This document shows, piece by piece, positions 39,101 through 48,288 of a stretch of 64,000 nt of DNA. How positions within the stretch are numbered: position 1 is the first letter of the stretch; every line of letters starts with the position of its first letter. The notes under the pieces were generated by a model. The model saw only the letters and a program-made list of their open reading frames with translations. It was not told the origin of the DNA and made no database searches. The position numbers and the translations under genes were made by a program. The stretch comes from Vicugna vicugna (lineage: Eukaryota). Location of the stretch: NCBI GenBank assembly GCA_013265495.1, contig MU058009.1, forward strand, positions 4,344,739 to 4,408,738, in the 5' to 3' direction.

Positions 39101-40285
39101 TCGGTAACCAAGGGTCTCGAGCTTCTGACCAGTGCTCGCGTGGAGGCCCCGGGGCTCCTGCTCCGGGGGTGGACCCAGTGGTGGTGGCACGCCACGATGA
39201 CAGACCCGGCGTGGAAACAGTGTCTGCGTCCCCTCCCGGGACCGAGTCACAGGGAGCGGGCAGCAGGAGGGGCGTCTGCGGCAAACACGAGGATACCTTC
39301 CTCTGTCTCCCGCCCATGGGGGCAGAAGGACATCCTCGTCTGCTCAAGACTTGAACCAGTGCTCCCGGGAAAAGCCCAAGGACGAGCTCTAGGAGGGTCA
39401 GGAACGAGGGTCACACAGCCCTGCACCTGGGCGGCCACTGAAGCGCGCTGCCCTCGGGGGCCACGGGGAGACGTGTCTGCACAGGGCAGCGGGGCTGGCG
39501 GGGCTGCAGACCTCGCCGTGGAGAAGGCCACTTCTGCTTCCGCGGCCCTGCGGGCCAGTCGCCTCTCCCCCTGAGAGGTCCAGCAAGCACGACCGCCCCC
39601 GGGGCCCCGCCCTGCCGCCGGCCGCCAGCCCAGCAGCCCCGCCGCGCCGCGGGCCACGCTCCCCGACACGTGCCCACGTCCGCGTGCGTGTGGTTTGGGG
39701 TGAAAGGCCGGGTGGCTTTCTGCTCCAAGATTCTCTGCGGACCGTCCTTCCGCCTTCCAGCTACCTCTGTCCTGCGCCAGGAAACTCAAGCCAGGGGTAC
39801 CTGGATGAGACAGTTCATGAGAACAGCCTCTCCTTGGCTTCTGGGCTGGTTTCTAGGGCCCAGCCTTCTCCCCCGGGGACTGTCCTTGCTAAGCGCGCAG
39901 ACCGCGTGGGCCAGCCCGCCCGCCTTCTTGCGCCACCCTGACTCTGCGTCAGCTCTTCCCTGAGTCACCCCTTCCGCTCCTGATCATAAACCAGCCCTTA
40001 CGTCCATCACTACTGGGTCCAGCCCCCGTCTTTTCCGGAGTGGCTTCTCAGCGTTGCTGATGTCCACTTGGATGAAGAGGGCTCTGGTATCTCAGGGGCC
40101 TTTAGAGAGTGGATTGAGAGCTTGCACTCGCGGGGACGGTCTCGTCTGATCTTGGCCAGGTGTTTTAGTTCGTGCCGACTGATTTTTTCCTAGGTCATCT
40201 TTCCTCCGCTGCGTGACGACCTTTGCACAGAGAATCGTATCACTTCAGTGCAAAAGCTTCAATGTCATTTTCTTTTCTTTTTTAG

Positions 40286-40306
40286 CTTTATCTCCCTGTA
40301 TCTCAG
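40286..40306 (+). CDS. NTM: Candidate 21-nt in-frame NTM microexon (ALSPCIS)
   Basis: Strong tract tcattttcttttctttttTAG ending at 40285, then 21 nt with no stop in NTM phase 1, then CAG|GTAGAA. I recall no orthologous peptide, so this rests on splice signals only. Confidence 0.3.
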
Positions 40307-41156
40307 GTAGAATTGACAGGCAGAATTGTAAGCTACCATCACGGTGGTTTGATAGTCTCTGTGGCAGGGTTTTCCGTCCTCTGCATCGAGGGTGGGCACA
40401 CGCAGAGGCGCCCAGCTGAAGAGGGAACTGGGAGATTGGAGAGCATCCCGCTTCCGGCCGGTCAGCAGGACAGCCCTTCGGATCGTCCTGAGAGCTTGGA
40501 GGTGGTGAAGCGGGGGTCCTTCCCGGGCTAGCCAGCAGGGAGGGGCTGGCGCCAGATGGCCACGGCAGCTCTCAGCAGCGCAGACACAGGTCTTACTGCC
40601 TTGGGTTACCCCAGAGTGACGAGGCCTCCGGGCCAGCCTTCTGCGGGCTGACTGCTCAGAAGCCGGGTATCGAGGCCTCGGCCCCTCTGGGACTTCCTCT
40701 CCCAGCGTTTCTAAAATGCGTAGATGGGTGCCGGTTAACACAGCCTGGGCGCCAGCACTCAGGTTGCTACAGGACGGTCCGTTTGAATCAGCCAGTTTTA
40801 TGCTAAAGCCCGCAGACTCCAGCTAAGCAAGGAGGTTGCTCTGCAGAGACGTCTTCGTGGGCCTGGGCCCCCGGCTGTGTGGTATGGGCGTCCCCTGTGG
40901 AGACAGGTGGGGGTGCGGACTCCCTCTGGGTCAGGGATCCACTGTGAGGACCATTCACATCCTTCCCCAGCCCCCACCTCAGTGGAGGGCGCCACGTCCC
41001 AGCGAGGCCGTGGTGTGAGGATGCGGGCTGGGCTGTGCTCTGGACAGCAGGGGCTGGGCCGGGAGTGCCGGCTCCTCCCCAAAAACCATCGGAGGGTGAA
41101 GCGGGTGTGCCCTGCGGCTTTCTGCCTTGACAGTGGCAGTGTTTCATTTCTTTTAG

Positions 41157-41188
41157 AAGTGAAAAGCATGCTCTGAGCCCTGGGAAAG
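41157..41188 (+). other. NTM: Orthologue of the NTM 33-nt alternative exon (human EVKTTALTPWK), here 32 nt and frameshifted to EVKSML*
   Basis: gtttcatttcttttAG|AAGTGAAAAGCATGCTCTGAGCCCTGGGAAAG|GTTGGT. It aligns to the recalled human AAGTGAAAACTACAGCCCTGACCCCTTGGAAAG with a 1-nt deletion, and has an in-frame TGA at 41174-41176. Confidence 0.78.
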
Positions 41189-42559
41189 GTTGGTATGTCT
41201 CCCGTCCAGGCAGCTGCTGCCTTGGTGGGATGGGGCACCCAAAACTCTTTGCCTCCTTCCAAGATGCCTTCCCTTCAGCGCTAACCCCAGGAAGCAGCCC
41301 AGTGGGAACCACTCTGACCTTGGGCCGGCCTGGCGTCAACTTAGCTTAACCGTCGTCAAGGCCCCAAGGGCACCCGATTCTCCCCGGGTGCTTCCTCCCC
41401 TTCGGTAGGTCTAACTTGTCTCTGCTGCCAAGACTAATGAGCGCCCATCAGGGCCCAGAATAGCCCCGCGTCTGGGCCCCGCTGCGCCGGGCCTGCCTCT
41501 CGCCCTGCACACGGATGCTCTAACGCAGTGATCTCCTCAGATCCTGGCCTTGTGTGCTGGCCTTCGCTCACCCCGCTCTCCCCCCCTCCGCCTAACTTGG
41601 AGCCGGAAGGGACGTGTCAGGAGGGAGGGGAAGGGGGACGGAAGGGGGAGGTTCTGGGTGAGTCACTTGGCTACAAATAAAATGCTTCTTATTTGAGGCT
41701 TTCATTCTTGCCAGATGTTTCCAATGGATAATTGACACTCATCACAGTTTCCCGGGACCCTAACTGTCCTGGTAATTAGTCTCTTTCGGCCTCCACAGCT
41801 CTCTAATGAGTCAGAGGCAACCGAGGCCTGCGGCGCAGAGTGGAGGCCAGGCTGGGTGGGGACAGAGGCCTCGTCTGTGTGGCCGTGTCCCCGGACAGGC
41901 GGGCTGATGTTCACTCTGGCCAGTGTGGGCGCAGAAGTGTCCTTGCTCCAGGATCCTGGGGTTCACCCGGCACAGAAGGTCCTCCTCTCGAAGTGGTCTT
42001 CCCGTGCTGGTCGGCGGGGGGTGGCCTGTGCGGTGCCCAACGTCTCCTGTGGCCTCATTCTTTTTTCTCCCTTACTCTCCAGGGACGTGTGAGTTACACA
42101 AAGCGACGGCTCCGGGTTAGTGGGAAGGAGATTGTATTTGGAGGCAGAAGTCAGGGGACCTTGGGGAAATCATTTAAGTTCCCTGAGGTTGAGAGTCCAC
42201 ACATTAGACAGAGGATAATCATCTTCATGTCATGCAGGAGGGCTTAAGGGGCTGGAACCCCTTCCCAGCTGCGAGCGCTCCACCTGGAATTCTAATCAAC
42301 GAGGTTCTTCCGTGTAGAGCTTCCCTCAACCACAGGAATTTTCAGGGACTTTTATTGGAAATCATTAGAAAAAGACAGGAAGGGTGTTTTTGAAGAGAAA
42401 ATTGAGGTAAAGCAGAAGGCAAGATAAAAAAAAGAATGTTTTGCTTTGTTTTGAGTCTGTCTTCTTTTTTTTTCCCTCCAAGTAGAACCATAAGAGAAAG
42501 GAAAACACAGAGACAAAGTAAATATGGACTCATCAGCGTGGGTCACAATGTTCTGGTCC

Positions 42560-42830
42560 CTTCCTTCCTTCAACAAACGTTTAGTAAACTCCTGCCATGG
42601 GCCCAGCTGGGCACAGACCCCGCCCTTACAGAGCTGTCAGCACAGAGGGGAAGATGCACGGGAGACAAAAAGAGGGCTGTAGGACAGGGTGCTGCGCGTT
42701 TTAATAGCAGGGTGTGTATGGGCTGTGGACGTGGACTGGAGCAAATCAAGGAAGGCTGCCTGGAAGAGGTGACTAGGGGCCAGAACAGAACCTGGAACAG
42801 GGGTGGGAGTGAGCTGGGCGAGGAGCATCT
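42560..42830 (-). mobile_element. L2 3' fragment, antisense
   Basis: ttccttccttcaacaaacgtttagtaaactcctgccatgggcccagctgggcac...cccgcccttacagagctgtcag...caaggaaggctgcctggaagaggtgac. Confidence 0.7.
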
Positions 42831-44519
42831 CAGCAGGTGTGAGGATGGGAAGGAGCGACGAGAGGCTGGAGGGTGCCTGTGCATGTGCGTGTGTGCACAC
42901 ACACATGTGGTACACACCTGCGGCTGTTGCAGGGAGTGGGGGCAGGGAGACCCCGGGGCACATGTGGCGGGAAGAGAGGCTAAGCAGGCTGGCAGCACGT
43001 GGGCTATGAAATGTGGTGTGTGCTACTGAGCACCTGGGGAGTTGTGTGAAGGCTGAAGGAATCAGACAGGTTAACAGTCTGGTCAGCTTGGAGTCACAGA
43101 CACATCAGCCTGGAGTCGGTGTAAGGAGTAAACCCAGGGGTCCAGGCTGCAGGTGGCAGAGAGCCAGTGCGTGTCCCCTTCCAGGGGACATGGGGAGACC
43201 CCACCCACAGCCTTCCCCTGGGACCACCCCATCTCCTCCTCCAGAGCAGCTGTGTCCAGATGGGGGGCCAGGACAGGCTAAGAGAGGGTGGGCCGGGGAG
43301 GGGAGGGCGTGGGGGGCGAGGCCCGCTGGACGGGGTCTCCAGAGGGCGTGACTGCCCCACGGGCGGGCCTGGGACAGGAGGATGGCAGCTTGTCCGGGCA
43401 CGTCACACAAGGGTGCCCTTTTCCTTTCTTCTCTGGGAAGAGTTCTCTGACACAAGGGTCAGGCCCCCTCCCTGCAGGCTCTCTGGGGGCGTCCCAGCAT
43501 GAAGGGCCTACCAGGGCACAGCCCTGAGCAGAAACACACGTCCGAAGGAGCACCTGCTGCACCACGGCCACTGCCAGGCGCCCCGTGTCGGCCAGCCCCC
43601 AGCCACCCCTCCGCCAGGCGCTGCAGGCTCCCTGGCCGGCAAACAGGGTTTCTGATCTTTCTTACCTGGTAACCAAGCCGGGCCCTCGCTGGGCTGTCTG
43701 CCTGGCGTGTGGTGGCCTCCGTCCTCCTCCGCAGGGACTCTGCAGGCCGCGCAGCCCTGGGAGGGGGGAGGGCGGGAGAAACAGAAAAGCACCCCTCCTC
43801 CTCCCACGGGGCGGGCAGTGGGTTTCAGAGCTGTGCGAGCCCGCATTCTGGAGAGACAAAGGTGAAAGAGGACAGGGGCCCTGTGACAACGGACACGTGT
43901 GGGTCCGGACGCCGCGAGCCAGGCGCGCAGGACACGCGCAGGATCGCGGAGCTGTGTGCGCATGGGCAGCGGGTACAGCCACTGACCCTGCCCATCAGCA
44001 CGGAACTGGCCGCTTCCCGGGACTCAGGACAACCTCCGCGCCTCAGGGTCAGCGCCGGGCACGGGCAGGGTCTGGCAGGGAGGATCAGGATGCGGAGTGG
44101 CCCAGAGGCAAAGGGCTTCCTCACAGGAGAGAAACAGGGAGCCCCTCCCTCTAGGAGCCCGCAGGGCGGCTTCTCTCCTGGGATTCCAGGGAATGCTGTG
44201 TAGACGGCAGTGAGTGAGCGGAAGGCCTGGAGTTTCTGCTGGTGGTTTATGTAGAAACGACTAGGTAGCTTTAGAGGATGCAGTCGGTGGTCAGCGATAC
44301 GCACCTCTGACGCTGAGCCGTAAGTCGCCCGGAGCCTCTGGGAGCGCTCCTTTGTCCCCTGCGCCCGACGTGGGCCGGGGGAAGGGCGGCATTCCACTGC
44401 CCTTGCCTTCGGCTCCGTGTCGCCCAGTCCCCCTTCCTGCAGGAGGGCAGAGCGGTGTCCCAGTGCTTCTCATCGCGAGAACTTGCACCGCCAAGACGCT
44501 CGGGTCTTGGGGTTAGAGC

Positions 44520-45205
44520 TGTTGGGGAGGAAGGAAATTTCCACCCCCCTTCTAGGTCCTTCTGGCTGCTCTAAGAGTTAAACTGACATGAGACAGATGA
44601 ACAGGAGAAAGTAAAGCGAAAGTTGAGTAACATAAATACGTGGAAGAGACTCAGGGGAACTGAGTCACTCACCAAAATGGCCCCACCCTCACCTTTATTT
44701 ACTTTTCCTTTTATTTTTCAATCAAAATACAGTCGGTTTACAATGTTGTGTCAGTTTCTGGTGCGCAGCATCCTGTTTCAGTCACACGTATCTGTACGTG
44801 CTTTCCTTCTTCATGTTCTTTTTCATTAACACCATCTTCAGCTAAAGACAAAAGACTTTGGGGGCAGGGCTTTGGAACTTCAAAGGGGAGGAGGGCGAGC
44901 CACCTGGAGACGGAAAAGCAAACGTGTGGTAAGCGAGCAGTGCTGGGCCAAGCAGAGAGATGGGGCCCAGGGAGGTGTCTTAACAGCGACCCTGCAGGTT
45001 CCTCCCCGTCTGCGCTCCTGGTTCACACTGCTCATCTCTGGGACGCCCCCTCCCGGAGCAGCACCGGCGCACAGCCGTCTACGTTCTGCAGGTGGCTGGG
45101 GGGAGGGGGAAGGTTCTCCCTGAGTCTTTTGGGCCGTGCTTGTTTCAGCTCAGAATACTCTGCATGCCAAAGAGGGGTTTTGGGGGGCAAATGCTGCTTC
45201 CCCCA
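44520..45205 (-). mobile_element. ERV1-class solo LTR (MER34-related), antisense, in the last NTM intron, interrupted by a short L1
   Basis: TG...CA termini with imperfect inverted ends (TGTTGGGGAG / CTTCCCCCA). The reverse complement begins tgggggaagcagcatttgccccccaaaa..ctctttggcatg..agtattctgagctgaa, like MER34-family 5' ends. No clear target-site duplication. Confidence 0.7.
44696..44827 (-). mobile_element. 132-bp L1 3' end nested inside the LTR
   Basis: T-rich tail plus aaatacagtcggtttacaatgttgtgtcagtttctggtgcgcagcatcctgtttcagtcacac...ttctttttcatt, splitting the LTR sequence ccaccctcacctt | aacaccatcttcagctaaagac. Confidence 0.8.
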
Positions 45206-46522
45206 CTTGGAACCAGGTGCCAGAGACACAGAGGTTGGGTGACCTGCTGCATTTCAAACTTGTGACTGTCCATTTAGCCACCGCCCCAGGATCAGACTTG
45301 TCCCCAAGGTCCAAGAAGCAGCTCATGCGGGCAGTGCTCGCAGCCCGGGTGCTCTAGGACTTGCGGGGTGAGGCCACGTGGGCTCACGAAGCTGGCTCGG
45401 TGCTGACCTGCCTCAGCCGGAGGTGCCTCCGTGCCCGGCGTCCAGGTCAGGCGAGCAGGCCTGGCTTCGTTCCTTCAGCTCGGTGAGGACATGTGCTTAG
45501 GGAGGACGCCAGCTTTAGACACCTCTGTTAGATTCAAGGCCACAGAGCCCGCCAGAGCGAGTCCAGTCCAGGAAGGCGCTCTGCTGCATTAGGTACCTGA
45601 TCCATCTAGGCATCGACACGTGCGTGTGCTGTGCATGAATCAGCTCCGTTCGTTACGGGCGTTCGTGGCCACGGGGCTGAGGGAGCCGGGAAGCTTATGC
45701 TTCACATGATGAGGAAGTTGCTGGGGGATTTGATGCCCTCAGAGTTTTCTTGCCTCCTGAACTTGGCTCCGTCTCAAGGCCGGCCATGTGCCTCTTCGGG
45801 AACTGTGCGGTCCACCTCCCACCCACAGACGTCACCTCAGGCAGGCCCTGCGTCCCGCTGCCCACACATCCCCGCTTCCTTCCATGCACACTGCCAAAGG
45901 CCTCCTGTTTCTTTGCCTGGTCCTATCCCGCGCGGGCTGCTTGTGGCCTTTCAGGCAGGTGGTACTTGAGCCAGGTCTTCCACTGCCTCGTCCAGATGCG
46001 AGAGAGGCCCAGTGCTGCAGGCCAGAGCCCGGGCGCTGCCTTCAGACCAGTGACTGACAGGACAGATGCCAGGCAGGTGCGGCCGTGGGCGTGTCCAGCA
46101 GGGGCCCTCCTGCAGGACACGGGGAGCACAGGTGGGGCGGCTGGAGGGGCACACGGATGCATAAGGCAGGCGGAGCTCAGAGGGGCTGGACGTTGATGCA
46201 GACGATGCCAGGGTCTAGCTCGCTGGAGTTCTGTGCAGGGTATTAATTAATCTGCCGCCTTCTTGAACTTGACCCTGGGCCGTGGCCTTGCAAGTTCTGA
46301 CAGTAACGGGGTAGCGATCACCTGCACACGGTGGTGATCTGAGCCTCAGCTCCCCTCCCCGCCCAGGCCGGCTCCCCTCTCCTCAGCTGCGCCCACGGGA
46401 CCGAGGCTGTGGAGGGCTCCTGCCAGCGCGGCCTGGCGTGCCGTGCGGAGCCGGACCGCGGACCGCGCCCAGTCGGGCGCCTCTGCAGCCGGCGGGCTCC
46501 TGACAGCGTGCTCTCTCCGCAG

Positions 46523-46629
46523 GCCCCGGCGCCGTCAGCGAGGTGAGCAACGGGACGCCCCGGAGGGCAGGCTGCGCGCGGCTGCTCCCGCTCCTCGTCT
46601 TGCGCCTCCTCCTCCTCCTCGAGTTTTGA
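46523..46629 (+). CDS. NTM: NTM terminal coding exon, GPI-anchor signal peptide
   Basis: Acceptor ctctctccgcAG at 46521-46522. Encodes (G)[34 protein letters not shown] with TGA at 46627-46629, followed by TGTGAGTGCCAC as in the NTM 3' UTR start I recall. Confidence 0.95.
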
Positions 46630-46861
46630 TGTGAGTGCCACCTCCCCTGCCGGGGACGAGCCGCTGCCGCTGCGACCACAGCGCATCCGCAACGGCAAGA
46701 CAGCGACCCGAGCACCCCTGTCCCAAGTCAGACGTAACCCCACGAAACTCAGAGAAGCAGAGCCTGACGGGACGCAGTTTCCGGGGGGGCAGAGTACTCT
46801 GGGGAAGCAAGGTGAACAAGGAAATTGGAAGCCGCCTTACAGAGATGTAGGTACAACTGAG

Positions 46862-46890
46862 TTTTCTTTCTTTCTTTCTTTCTTTTTTTT
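46862..46890. repeat. (TTTC)n / poly-T tract in the NTM 3' UTR
   Basis: ttttctttctttctttctttctttttttt read directly. Confidence 0.9.
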
Positions 46891-47145
46891 CCAAACGAAA
46901 AGAAGGCACGCGGGCTGTGGACCCACCTGCACGCTGCATCGTGTGGCCTCTGTGACCAGGCGGGCAGGGCTCAGCCGCTCTGCCCACCGCGGTGCCCCCC
47001 ACCAAGGAAACTTCTGGAGTCGGCCACCCCACGTTCCGTCAATAGAGACAAACGCAGTGAGACGTGCGGGCCCAGGGGTGCCGCAGTGGCCCGGCTCCCA
47101 GACTGTGTCACTATTGTGTGTGTGATGAAATGCAGAATCAAAAAA

Positions 47146-47159
47146 AATAAATAAATAAA
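47146..47159 (+). promoter_or_regulatory. Proximal polyadenylation signal cluster (three overlapping AATAAA)
   Basis: AATAAATAAATAAA gives hexamers at 47146, 47150 and 47154, about 520 nt after the stop codon. Confidence 0.55.
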
Positions 47160-48282
47160 AAGGAAACGAAACAAGACAGCCTGAGGGCTACAGCAGCCCC
47201 GCAACCGAGAGTCACAAAAGATGTCGTTAAGCTTTGGTTTGTTTTCCATTCGACTACATGGACATCACGGATAATAAGGGATTCTGAGTCATTATTAATC
47301 TCATTAATTATATTTTCTGATACGCGTCTAAAACTTAGTGCAAAAACAAGACACAACTAAAAGGATACACAAATGAAAGGAGCGAAGAGAAGTATGTTTG
47401 TTAAACATTAAACATGAATAGTGTGTTGTTACCTAGGTTTACACTCGGTGGACCACACGCCAGGCATCAACCCCCTGGTGAGGATTTGGCAAATCCACCA
47501 AAAAAAAAAAAAAATGCAATTTAACCAACACCTCCACCAGCGCTACGGATTTCTCCTTCTCCTGGCATTTGACGCAGACAATACTACGCTTCTCCGTGCT
47601 GTTTAGAAACAGAAGGGCGACCTGCACTGTATCCTGAGTTTGCGGTGATGCTTCCTTTAATGGCCTATATTATACAGTATATATACACATATATTTTTTT
47701 CGTTAGAGTTCTAGCCGTTTAATTTCTCAGCAGGGTCCTTTCTCAGACATTATTCTGCATGCTGTAAATGGCGTTAGCTGTGTGTTGACCTTCTAAAAGA
47801 TGATAGAGTTTACTGGTGATTGTGTAATCAGCTCCTGCCTTTTTCTTTTTTGGGTTATTGACACATCAGAGACATTTATAAAACGTGAAAAGAGAAACAG
47901 AGCCCTAACACCGCGCGTAGCATCTTTTCCAGGTGTGCTCTCGGAGGCGAGGGCCAACACAGGAGCCCCACGCCTCCCAGCGCCTCGGGACGAGCAGCAG
48001 GCAGCTGCCCCGACCCAGCAGTCAGTCACCACTCGCTCCAGCCCGGACCGGGGATTGCGGGTGCCTTTGTGGTCGCTGGAGAGTTGAGCCCTCCCGGTTT
48101 ATTTTATTTAATTCCCCACCTTTGTGTGCGTGTGTGTGGAAGAGAAGAGAATGCAGTTTTTAGGGAAGCTTTTATTCCTCCCCTGAAGTCTGGGAGCCAG
48201 AGGGGCCTCGAGGGGGTCCTGGATGCGTCGAGGGGAAGTGGGATTGGGGGTTAGGGGAGGGAGCGGTTGTCTCTGACTTGAC

Positions 48283-48288
48283 ATTAAA
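48283..48288 (+). promoter_or_regulatory. Distal polyadenylation signal ATTAAA
   Basis: gacATTAAAaagtgttccatgtcc followed by GT-rich sequence (tggtgtggt). The position fits the expected NTM transcript end. Confidence 0.55.
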
